A DNA stretch of 61,832 nucleotides, filler included, from Sphacelaria rigidula (taxonomy: Eukaryota), in assembly GCA_964200075.2 (NCBI GenBank). It is 7 parts of 7 records of this genome, joined end to end, with 100 filler letters (N's around TTAATTAATTAA, not from the genome) between each part and the next. Parts side by side here need not be neighbours in the genome. Positions count along the whole stretch, not along the records: positions 8,850 to 17,597 come from CAXNAA020010204.1; positions 17,698 to 26,445 come from CAXNAA020010205.1; 5 more parts are not named here. One strand, 5' to 3'. Of the stretch, positions 12,616-23,286 are shown one piece after another. Every line of letters starts with the position of its first letter. Position 1 is the first letter of the stretch. The notes beneath the pieces were generated by a model. The model saw only the letters and a list, made by a program, of their open reading frames with translations. It was not told where the DNA came from and made no database searches. The translations under genes and the position numbers were made by a program.

Positions 12616-12884
12616 TGTCGCGGCTCTCAAGTGAATCGGCGTCAAGCTAGGTAGCCGGTCGGGTAGCTAACCGCGTTTTCGCTTATTTTCATACACCCAC
12701 GTGAGCGCTCAAATGTTGAAGGGGTCTCTGTCGAGGAGTAGGAACGGTGCTCCGTCTCGAAATGGGTGCGTGGTTATTAGTCAAGTGACTCGAGGCAAGC
12801 AACGAAATGAGTCGCCCCCACCTCGTTGTCCTTTCTTTTTTCTTTTCTTTTTTTCTTTACCCCCCCTTGCGCACTCGATCGCAG

Positions 12885-13018
12885 GCTCAAACGAACACTT
12901 TTGAATCGGTGGACACGTTGAGCGACAATGTTTCGTCCAGCCTGGTAGCCATTGGGGAGTGTCTCACGCTTCTGAACCACGATAAGCAGCTCAGACAGAC
13001 ATACACAGCCGCGAGGAG
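12885..13018 (+). CDS. EXO70: Exo70 internal exon B
   Basis: Polypyrimidine tract, then cgcag|GCT...AG|gtgagt, 134 nt, phase 0/2. SSLVAIGECLTLLNHDKQLRQTYTAAR matches the Exo70 pattern L..Ia..m......l...Y...R. Confidence 0.75.
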
Positions 13019-13055
13019 GTGAGTAGACCCTTTCGGAACCGTCGATGAAAAAGTG

Positions 13056-13732
13056 CAAGGGTCGGACAAATAATGACCCGTATTGAAATTACTTGGTTTT
13101 AGTATAACTGATTCGACTCGTACGAATCAATTCATAGGCTTTGTTTTCAGCGTTGCAACGCAGGTGCACGCAGCCTAGACACGTGTGGAATGGCGTAAAA
13201 GTTGCGTGGATGCCCCTTGGATCAGCGATCAACTTGTTTCTACCTTTTGGGCAATCAGGCCGAAGAAATGGTGGATTCGGTGACTCTTAGTCGTGATGAG
13301 TCGTCCTAACCGTGAAAAAGTCACGATATACAATTGGCGTTTTCTTGGGGCAAGGTATGCTTGTCTAATGGTGCAGCCCACCGAAATGGTGCACCACTCT
13401 CAGATCAGGTGTGTACTAATGCGACAGATTCGTGCATCGAACTCGAAGTGACGTTTTTTCGTTGACGAAAAGCTCGCATACGGGAGTGTGTAAATCGTCA
13501 CTTTTCCATCAACGGTTCCAAAAAGGGGTTGAGAGATGAGTTTTTTCGCGTCTTTTTTTTTTTTTAGTCAAGGTGCGTGCGTAGTTTTCGATCGCTCACA
13601 CCGGCTGTCCCGTACTGTGAGGCGTGTACTCCGTAGCAAAATTCACCACACGTCGGACAGATCATGATCCGTCTGAAAATTACTTGTTCTCGGTATACTG
13701 ATCCGGATCATGATCCGTATCGTCTGACCCTA
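13056..13732. mobile_element. ~680-bp dispersed non-autonomous TIR-like repeat
   Basis: Starts CAAGGGTCGGAC and ends GTCTGACCCTA (imperfect TIR). Its 5' end recurs at 35249-35292 and its internal part at 44240-44369. Confidence 0.7.
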
Positions 13733-14391
13733 CTTTGCCATGTTTGCTCCTTGCGTTGCCGGACGCTGAGCATGCCGAGTAGTGCAAAGGTTGCGCTTTG
13801 GCTTTACTGACTCCGGTGTCACATATTTTGGGTTTTTGGACCAACGGACTCGAGAGTCTTCTTTCATTAGTTGTTTCAGAGAGATCATGATCTGTCCGAC
13901 GTCTGAAATTCTCACACACGAAATACGGTGATGTTAATCAAACGGTACGTACGCGTTCCGGCGCGTTTTTTTTTTTCTCTTTCTTTTTTCCCTGAGAAGG
14001 CATTGTGGGCGAAGCCACGGCGTATTAGAGTACACACCCTGGACAAATAAATCACACTGCCAGAAAGTGTACTGCGTATAGTGTTGACTATTGCGTCCAT
14101 TGCAGTTTTTGTATTGACGATAGATTCAATACTGTTCGCAGCATACACTTTTTTTTAACAATGTATTGTATTCCATCGTGCAGGGGTGTGATACAAGTAT
14201 GGCCGTCGAAGGAGAGACACGGCAAGCTGCCCGCTTTTGCTCTTTCCTGATAAGCGATACTCTATGCGCGTTTGTAACCGGCAGTAGGGTTAACCGGCGT
14301 TGGGCTATATATATATATACAATGGTTGACACATTACTTGGTTTGAGTGTGTATAACGAGAATCAGATATTTAGTAGGGATGACAGTCCCG

Positions 14392-14550
14392 TGTGCTCCT
14401 CGCGTGCGCAGAACGCGTTTTTGTTGAAATCGGCGCCTGTGGCGCCGATTCGGGGTCTACCCAGGCCGCACTTTGCCTAGGTAATGTATGTACCGCTCTT
14501 GCCCGAGGGTTCTCGTATACGTTGGGTTGGGGTTAGGGTTAGGGTTGGGG
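14392..14550. repeat. Dispersed repeat ending in TTAGGG-like units (second copy 49953-50110)
   Basis: GTGCTCCT..GCGCAGAACGCGTTTT..AAATCGGCGCCTG.GGCGCCGATT hairpin..CCCGAGGGTTCTCG..GGTTAGGGTTAG, found in both segment 2 and segment 6. Confidence 0.75.
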
Positions 14551-15278
14551 TTTTCAGCGGTAGCGATACTTGTAAAGTTGTGTCAGCCATGGACACGTGT
14601 AGCCCAACGTCGGTAAACTAGGCTCATAACTGCACACACTGCTGTCGCAAGATGGACCGACCGTTATGTCTTCAAAACCCCTATCGCGATGTTTTCGTGC
14701 ACTTATGTTTATAATACACATGATACCAGACCTTCGTTCACACGTACCAGGCCGCCTCTTGTGGCGAGCAAAAAGGAAACCCCTTTTTAAAACTTTCCCA
14801 CGTCGGATAGTTCATGAGGTACCCAACATCACTTCTTACTAGTGACTGATCCGGATCATGGCTAGCTCATTTGGCCCCTTCTCTTCCATAGTTGCTCCGA
14901 ATAGTGCTGGACGCCGGACACGCGAAGTAGCGCCGAGGTATCGCTTCGACTTCTCGGGCTCTGCTCTTATTTATTTTGTGCTTGTGGGCACCGGATTTGA
15001 CCGTCCTATTGGATGGTTCTTTGAGTTAGCTCGTGTGTTGTCCGGCGTATGCTATCTTCCCTTCATGTGTTGTTGCCGTAGATTCGCATCTCTCAACGCT
15101 GGTGCTGTGATTACATGCATGGTGCGGGAGATCTCTTTGCTGCGTAACAGTATTGGTATGTTTCTTGTTTTACTGTGGTGCGTTGTTGAACAGAGATCAT
15201 GGAAAGAAATATCCGCGCTACGGTACTGCACGTGCATATACGGATCAGTGCCGCCTGTAGTATATCTTGTTTGCTTGC

Positions 15279-15314
<36 letters not shown>

Positions 15315-15322
15315 CTGATTGA
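15279..15322. repeat. (TGAT)n microsatellite (also 16247-16269)
   Basis: Direct reading. Confidence 0.9.
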
Positions 15323-15469
15323 TTTTCGCACTTCAACATGAGCATGCAAAACCACTATAACAAGAAAAGGTATGCAGGATTTTTTGTTTTTTTTGTTTAC
15401 GAAAAGTCAACTGTAGGTGAAGCTGAACGACGAGAGTACTACTGCACCGCCGTTGTACATTTTATCACC

Positions 15470-15858
15470 GTCATTATCCAACCTGGTTGCATCATTTCAA
15501 GGGCAGGTCGAGTAGAGTACACTCAATTGCGGGGTATTTTGAAAGACGAACTAGAGGCACTCAAATTAGGGTAGAGTGTTAGGAGTCGTACCCAAATAAT
15601 AACTGGAAAGCGATCCCTTGAATCCTACCCCCAGTTCGTGTACTACAAGTACGACTTCCAAAATACACCGCAATTGAGTATACTCTACTCGACCTGCCCT
15701 TGCATCATTCAACCTGGTCGCACAGTCTACCTGGCTGCACTATCTAGTCTGGCTGCACAATCCAGTCTGGTTACACTATCCAACGTGGCCGCACTGTCCG
15801 ATCTCGCTGTGCACTATGCACCATCCAACCTGCCTGCACTATCCAATCTGGCTACACA
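15470..15858. repeat. 18-bp degenerate minisatellite (CTGGCTGCACTATCCAAT-like) interrupted by a MITE
   Basis: About 7-8 units at 15711-15858, plus partial units before 15498. Confidence 0.75.
15498..15702. mobile_element. hAT-type MITE (205 bp)
   Basis: TIR CAAGGGCAGGTCGAGTAGAGTACACTCAATTGCGG / CCGCAATTGAGTATACTCTACTCGACCTGCCCTTG, with 8-bp TSD CATCATTT/CATCATTC. Confidence 0.9.
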
Positions 15859-15920
15859 TTTCAGTGCGTACAATACACCGCCTTGTGTGCGTGTTTCTGA
15901 AAAACAATTTGGACCAGCAG

Positions 15921-16013
15921 GGTCACGGTGAAGACGAGCTTGGAGAGCTGGGAATCGCGCTTCGAGAGCAGCACGAGAGGACAGGAGGCACGCGGCGGGG
16001 GACCATGGCTCCG
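15921..16013 (+). CDS. EXO70: Exo70 internal exon C (alternative acceptor 15918)
   Basis: ccagcag|GGTC...CG|gtaaga, phase 2/2. It joins exon B to give YTAARRVTVKTSLESW (Exo70 Y...R...l..SL). Confidence 0.7.
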
Positions 16014-16317
16014 GTAAGACAAAGGTTGCACACGTGGGACAGCTCATGAGCTTACCTGAAAAAACTAATCGAAGACAACTCTCAGATCCATTGCACAAAA
16101 AAACACATAACACGCGATAGCAGTGTCCAAGGAGCCAACGCGTTACCTTCCCGCCACACCACGTTCTCGGCGTACATCGCTGTGGGGAGCTAATACGGAA
16201 ATAGTGGCCAAATGAGCTATTATATTATAGCTGAGTGATTGAATTATTGATTGATTGATTGATTGATTGTCGCACTATAACTGACCCCCCAGAGGGTCCA
16301 GCCGTGGATAGCTGTGA

Positions 16318-16739
16318 CGTGGAATTTCTCAAAAAGGAGTTGCGTAAGGTACGAGTGGCTCGTGCCATTACTGCTCGCATTCCCAGTGAGTTTGGTATTC
16401 AGTTGTGACTTACTCGTCGTTTTGGCGTTATTTTTCGGAGGGTCAAGCTTGTTGCTCGATTCTCGTCCAACGCGCTTTTCGGGGTGCTGTGACGAAACCA
16501 CGCCGCCACGTTGAGTATGTAGTGATAATTGGAGGATAACTTGGGATCTGTAGTGATGACATGGATGATGACATAGACAGGGGTGATACCCTGATGTGGT
16601 GTTATGGAGCCGCCTGGATGGCACTCCAGGATAATAAAGAGTGTTGTGGAGGCTAACAACTAAATCCTGAGGCCAGTGGAACTGAGGAGTCCCTCAACAG
16701 CATTAGACGCTTCAGTACTAGCAACCTGCTGGCGTCACA
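16318..16739 (+). mobile_element. 3' fragment plus 3' LTR of a gypsy element related to 676-5195
   Basis: 16318-16487 aligns to 4787-4948. The LTR at 16488-16739 has canonical TGTGAC...GTCACA ends. Confidence 0.85.
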
Positions 16740-17597
16740 TAGGTCATGATCCTCCGGATCAATACTCCAATAAGAAGTAATATCCAGGTACAACAGCTTA
16801 TGAGCTGTCCCACGAGTGCAATATATGGTTCCCATCCCTACAAGGATTATACGCGTGTTTTCGAGCTGGGCCGGCCAAGAGTGCACCTTAATGTGCAATC
16901 CATCGGCCATGCGTGGCGCATAGTTTCGGATTACGGGGGTGAAAGCTTGACAGCAGATGGTCGCAATACCAATCGTAGTCATTATCCACAAGATAGACAA
17001 GACGTACCCCAAGGTAAACAGAACGGAAATGCTTGCTATAGAAGAAGAAAAGTGGGGCAGGGGGAGTGGGGAAAGAAGTAGAGATGTAGAACAAAAAAAG
17101 GGGTAAAGCTTGGAAGGAGTGTCGCTTGAACATAGCCACTTCGAGACGTCGCTCGAGGCAGTGACGACTGGATACAACAGGTGCACATGCCACGAATACC
17201 CGTTTCACTCGAAAACGCCCGGCGGGGGGGAGGGGGAGTGGGGGGGGCTACGCAGACGACTGCGTCATTACATTACCCACCATATCGCAGCTGCACTAAC
17301 TTATCATTCAAGGGATGAAAAAGAATGGCCACCTAAGCACGACCACAGCTGTACAACAACCCGAAGGCATGTCTTTGCCAGACACTTTCGAAGCAAAACT
17401 ATCCCCTTCTACAGAATAGGGAACGGCACAAGCACACCAATACCTACCTCTCCCTTGACCGCCTTCGGGTTCCGTGTCAAGCTTGAGTCAAGTACTTGGT
17501 AGCTAGCACAGGGCTGTGAATGTGCCTTTGAACATGTGGTACAAAACTTGGTTTTGCCCCCCCCCCCCCCCCCCCCCCCCCCCACATGACCCCCCCC

Positions 17598-17697
17598 NNN
17601 NNNNNNNNNNNNNNNNNNNNNNNNNNNNNNNNNNNNNNNNNTTAATTAATTAANNNNNNNNNNNNNNNNNNNNNNNNNNNNNNNNNNNNNNNNNNNN
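17598..17697. other. Artificial 100-nt spacer
   Basis: N44-TTAATTAATTAA-N44. Confidence 0.98.
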
Positions 17698-18429
17698 TTT
17701 GTGGCTTGCCTTAGTCATTTGACCATTGACCACGCATCCCTTTCGAGACGGAGCTTCGCCACGGGGGGGTGGGGAATACCAAAGATCATGACGCATGTGG
17801 GTGTGAACGTGTGTAGACGGTGGAACATGCCCTGGTGCTCGCCCACATGAACGTGTTTTAGATACAAATATTCGTACAAGCTGTGTGAACGATCCCTACA
17901 CCTGCCGGCGCCACTGCAACCATTACGCTGTACGACCGATCCGCGCATGATCCTCGTCTGCTTCCGGATTATCACCCCTGCGGATCATGACCATATATCC
18001 ATTGCCCAAAACCTTCCCGGCGTCCGATCTGAAGAGTTGCGAATTTGGGCCTAGACTCATCGGTGTCCTGCATTTCGGAGTTGCTGAACTGGAGCATGTC
18101 GTTTCTCATCGCGATACACGACGGGAAAATTGTCCGCGGTCCTCATCATAGTAATTTTCCGGCGCTGAATTTGATAACTTGAAATCAAGTCAAGGCTTAG
18201 ACCCTTTGACGGGTCGTTTCTGAATAGCGGACCAAGTCTGTATCGGATTGGATCGGATCTTGTCGGACCAGATCTGTGCCGATAAACGCGGTACGCGTGT
18301 GACTTGATTTGAACGCGAAAATGTTTCGGCAGTGAAGTATCCGAATCATTTGCAGTGAAACTGTTAGCAGGTCGGTTCCAAACAGCGGGCCGCGTTGCGG
18401 GCCGGGTCTCAACCAGTACAATACTGTAC

Positions 18430-18513
18430 CTTGCTCTCGCCGTCGGACAGAGGCACTTCCACCTCCTCACAAGATTGCCCCGCCAGCTGGACCTTCGCGG
18501 AAACAAATGTGTC
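18430..18513 (-). CDS. DDHD/SEC23IP-type phospholipase A1-like protein, exon C
   Basis: tgcag|GAC...AAG|gtacag, 84 nt, phase 0/0. DTFVSAKVQLAGQSCEEVEVPLSDGESK is in frame after exon B. Confidence 0.6.
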
Positions 18514-19456
18514 CTGCACCATGCCAGTAGTAGCAAGAGCACACGCAAAGCAACAACAGCGACAAGCACGACGTAAGGTTCGCAGCACCACTTGGTCATG
18601 TTCTACAGTCGCACCTGCCGTGAACCCGAAACAAACACAAGTCTGTTCGCCCACCAAGGCATGCACAAATCGGACACGAGAAAATCGATGCAAACAAACA
18701 CTACGGTATCCGGACGAGATGTAGGTAGGTTTGTCCCCGCTGTATGCTTCTTGTATATCGTCAATGCGCTTCTCTGCACGTTTTTCTGCGAATAACTTTG
18801 GCGTCTTATTCATAATTCGCCCCCTTAGTTGTAGTATAGAACGCATGTGGATGGGACGCTATGTAGTATACGTAACACGTATGTAATGGGCAGTGCAGGC
18901 GGATGAGAGGTCACACCTGAAATGATGAAATCCGTAAGCCTAGAGAATTACCTCAAGGCGTGGAGCAAAACAGGGTGGGGATCGGGGTTCCCCGTAATTT
19001 GTTTCCGTGGCTCTTTCTGGCGAACGTTTTGCATTTGACGCCTTCGAAGGTGTGGACTTTGTTTTACGCACTGTATTGTTTTCTGCCCATCCGCTGTGCA
19101 CAAACAACAGGGACTGTGTGCCGTGTGACTTTATTGGATCCTGAATCATTGTGAAGCAACGAATCATGGCGCGTTTCTGTCAACATTCTTTGGTCGCAGA
19201 GTATTTTATCGTCGGTCTGGAAACGAGCGGTAACTTGAAATAGATGCTGATCAAATTATGAAACCGCATTGAAAAAAGAACAGCGTAAAAAACAGTCTCC
19301 GGAACGGATTGAAAGGGAGAAACCAACACTCAACCCACCAGCCAGCACTTTAGAGTGACTCAAGCGCACCATGGGCTGCAGGTGGTGTGCATACAGTCTG
19401 TACATGTACATCACAACATGCTCATGTGGATACACACTGTACATGTGGACATGCAC

Positions 19457-19585
19457 CTCGAGAAGATCGGCATCTTCCTCCGAGTATGGAAGCCAGCCGT
19501 GTCCCCTTTTCGTGAAGTACGTGGCGCGGATCACGGGGCGCCACTCTGGCGTCTCAGACCAATACAGCGGCCGCACCTTGCGCTC
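19457..19585 (-). CDS. DDHD/SEC23IP-type phospholipase A1-like protein, exon B
   Basis: cgcag|GAG...GAG|gtgcat, 129 nt. ERKVRPLYWSETPEWRPVIRATYFTKRGHGWLPYSEEDADLLE matches the DDHD-family pattern R...pvYW....V.R.tWF....P.ee..a..LE. Confidence 0.8.
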
Positions 19586-20765
19586 CTGCGTTGGTTTCGC
19601 ATTTCACAGGTACAGCAAAACAGGACGGGGAGACGACTTGGTCCCTCAAGACTATGGACCCGCCCCGAAGAGGGGCCGGGTGTAAAAGAATGAGCGAGAA
19701 GACACAATAGAGATGGGGAAAAAGGACAGAGAACAAAAAAGACAGCAGAGACGAACAACACAGCAGAAGCAAAACAAACGCAACAGATGTATCGCTCGTG
19801 AGCGCGCTACAGTGGCCTAAACTGACGAGTCCATAGCTGAATAGGACAACCTATATCAATATCTACACATTTCCAGCCGTTGGGCCGATGGACCTCACAG
19901 TCTCAGTAGAGTTCATCCCAGCCAGTCGCCGAATTCCATGGTTGAAAAATGGATATACTAAATTTCAGTATGGACCATCACATTCGAATATCTTGGGCAC
20001 TGCCAGTTCCCGGTGCTCGCCATCCTACGCGGTACGTGCTTTTGCTCATGTCCGCCCTGCGGAGATCTTGCCAACGTATGGGTTGCCCGGGGCCCCCTGT
20101 GCACGCCCCTCGTCCAAGGGTGCTCGGCATACCGTGGATTAGGCATAGGCTTGAGGATTTAGTGTATACTTCTTGTTCGTTGCCACGTGACAAATGCAGC
20201 ATTGGCCATAAGCCTTCCAATCACGCCTGCCGCCCGTGTTGCAAAACGAAGACACAGCTCTTGCTTGACTGCAAAACAACGGGGTAAAAAGTTAGTACAC
20301 AAAGCTTTTACTGGCATTGTACACAAACGCGTCAGCCAGTGGAATGAATCCTACTGGAAGTCCTCCCCAACCCCCTCCCCCACCCGATTTTGTTCACTAC
20401 TTAATTTAGCGCCTGCGAAGCGCATTATCCTGTAATACCTGGAAACAAGAAAGCTGTCAACTGTGGAATATGACACTGGGTTAATTCAAAACGTAACTCC
20501 GCAGTCCCGCATTATTGATTTGAAAAAGAGTGGTGAGAGAAAGAGAACCGACCGAAATTCACGATCGGAACACTACTCTATACGGAACCGAACACCTTAC
20601 ACATAGCAATCTCTCACAATCCTCCCCCACCCACTAAAATGCTCCGTCTCGAAAGCCAGGCGTGGTCAATGGTCAAACGACTAAGGCATGCATCGGACGA
20701 GTCCCCCCTCCAAAAACAAAACAAAACAACAGAACAGCGGGGTTTGACCTCGATGGATTGCTGAC

Positions 20766-20909
20766 CTTCATGTCCACAACATATTTCCGGCCGTACACCA
20801 AACACTCGTCGTCTCCCCTCTGGTGTGCGGCCTCCAGCCTCTCGCAGTCACTCGCCCACATGGATTGCCATCTTCCAGGCGTACGCGGCGCCCCATGCCC
20901 TTCGGGTTC
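20766..20909 (-). CDS. DDHD/SEC23IP-type phospholipase A1-like protein, exon A
   Basis: gacag|GAA...AAG|gtcagc, 144 nt. WQSMWASDCERLEAAHQRGDDECLVYGRKYVVDMK matches the WWE-like pattern W.....D...LE.a.....V.v.g..y.Vdl. A weak candidate first exon lies at 21277-21321 (MANQNARQSAPARTW). Confidence 0.78.
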
Positions 20910-21870
20910 CTGTCCCCGATACAGAATTACGAGCGAGTCATCCCATAGAGAGGGGACGCGGTTGGGGAGAGAGGGGGGGTGGAGGAGTCGAAATTCCAGG
21001 CGAGAACATACATTTGTGTTGCTACGCGAATATCAAACCAGCCAAGCAATCGATTCAAAGCAGACTCAGACTGCTCTTCCGTCATGTCCATACCTTCAAA
21101 TTAATCACAGACTACACAGTGATTTAAGACAACCAATATCATGACCAAGGCATGCAGATCAGTGGGCGATAATCAATCAACCAAGTACAGTACGAGCGCA
21201 CAGTAGCCATAGCCACATACTAGCAGTGTACAATACGCGGTTTGTGAATTGCTGCCCGAGACACGTCCGTATTCACCCAGGTTCTAGCCGGTGCAGACTG
21301 CCTGGCGTTTTGATTCGCCATTCCAGATGATACGCGACAATAAATCAATTAATCGTGCAAGATCGGCTACCGTGCGTGCTGTACGGTGCCTGTGCTCTCG
21401 TCGTAGCGTCTAGGTCCATGAGTGTAGTGTGGAGCACACACAGGTGGGCAAGTCTTAGAGGAAGTGAGCCTTTCCGTGGCAACGAGGCAACGGACAAGCT
21501 TTTGCTCACGAGGCATGATGTCTCGCAGATGTTCTCTGGGAGACCGTAAGCACGGAAGCACGGAATCCCATGGGCATAGAAAGCGTGCTCTTTACAAATT
21601 GTCACAGAAAAACATCGGGCAAAGAAAAGTGTCGCAAATACCTACAGATATATTCCGTTGACCGTCAGGGTAGGTAGTCTAGGTCTTACGCTGATTTTTG
21701 AAACACAGTGATGCTGACTCAGCAGATGGTTCACTCTAGCGGTCAAAGGGTCAAGAGAGCTTCGACCGCAGGAAAACGGGGCAGGTGCGTGCATGTATAG
21801 GTACGCTCATGGCAGGGAGTCTAATGCCCTGGCCGTCACTGTAGCGTTTCTCAGGCAACATATGCTGCGT

Positions 21871-22089
21871 CAAATTGAAGTAGTCTTGTTTCACAGTATC
21901 AGCTGTATCAGCTGTATTGAGCCCAGAGAAGAAACCATCCGCGGAAGATTGAGTGTCACAATCAGCACGGATAGCTGGCGCAACAGGCATCCCTTACGGC
22001 GAAGGAATCAACACCACGAAGGTAGTACGGCACGGCGTAAATCGCAAGCAGTTCATACTCAAAACTTGCCCCTGGCCGGGAGTTCACCC
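21871..22089. repeat. ~215-bp dispersed repeat, direct copy at 25326-25535
   Basis: GAGTGTCACAATCAGCACGGATAGC.GGCGCAACAGGCAT...CTTGCCCCTGGCCGGGAGTT occurs twice, 3.45 kb apart. Confidence 0.85.
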
Positions 22090-23101
22090 AATGGATGGAT
22101 GAATGCCACTGCGCGATACCCCAGCTTTTTCACCCCTTTGTCTAAGTGACACACACAATTTACAGAGCTTTGTTGGTGTACTGTAAAGTACCGTTCGAAA
22201 AACAGTCTGGCATCGAGGCACTCGGCACTTGAAGAAACAGGGGGGGGGAGGGCGGCACAAAAAACGGGGGAATGAACAAAGTGGGGGTATACCCCCCATG
22301 GATTCAAAAACAAACGGGGTAGCGCATTTTTCGGTGCGGGCAGCAGTGCCGCCCACCGGCTGGGCACCTCTAAAACACGTTCCAGCACCTCAGCCCCACG
22401 CCCGACACACCGGAACATGATTTTCACTGGGGTGAGGTAATGGTGAGCTTGTTGGAGCAACCCCTTTAGTCGACAGACCCGCGCAGTAAACCCCCTCTGT
22501 CAGCTACAAAGATGTATAGTACCCTGCGGACTGTGCAGAGGACACCCCAAACAGCCTCAGACATACATTACTTTGTCAATCTACACCTTCCCGAATAGGC
22601 CGAAAAGCCCACCGAGCAAGAAAACGTGATCTGCCGCTGGATGCTGCGCAGACGAGAGATGTGTGAAGGGTTAGAAGGATCCTGCGGCGGCCATACATCA
22701 CCAAAAGTCTGAGGATGTGCTAGAAGTTAGGGTTAGAGTTGGCGCTATTGCCTTGCACGAAGATAGTCTTCTATCAGTACCGGATCAGCTGTATGATGCA
22801 AGTCGGTATGTGTGCTGCTGTACTGTAAAATACAGCATGGCGCGAAAAAAGCAAGCGGAGACACCGCTTGTAATACAACTTGTGGTCATGCCGCGGTAAT
22901 CAGCCGCACGTGTTTTCGCCACTATCCCAGAATGCACAAGATATTCGAGCGTGCGCCTGGGTGCACACATCATTCGTTCCGCGCGTGCAGTTTGGGCTTG
23001 CTGTGGACTGTACCGAAGCAACGTGTCGGCAACAGTCATAGAATAACATGTTATCAGGCCGGCACTACTGTGTCGTACTCTTCCGAACGAGAGTGTACGG
23101 G

Positions 23102-23286
23102 TGAACCATGTCACTTGATTATAGACTAGTAGAGGCAAGTCACTTGATTGAAGAGTAGGGGAGGCAGGTCATTTGGCCTCGCACTAGCTGAGGCGAATTC
23201 CTGGAACCGAGCACAGGTGAGGCAAGTCACTTGATTCTAGAGTATTTGCTTCGTTCATGAGGCAAGATACTTAAATTGAGTACAGC
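23102..23286. repeat. 29-bp degenerate tandem array (TGAGGCAAGTCACTTGA + ~12 variable nt)
   Basis: About 6 units; same consensus as 57966-58330. Confidence 0.8.
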
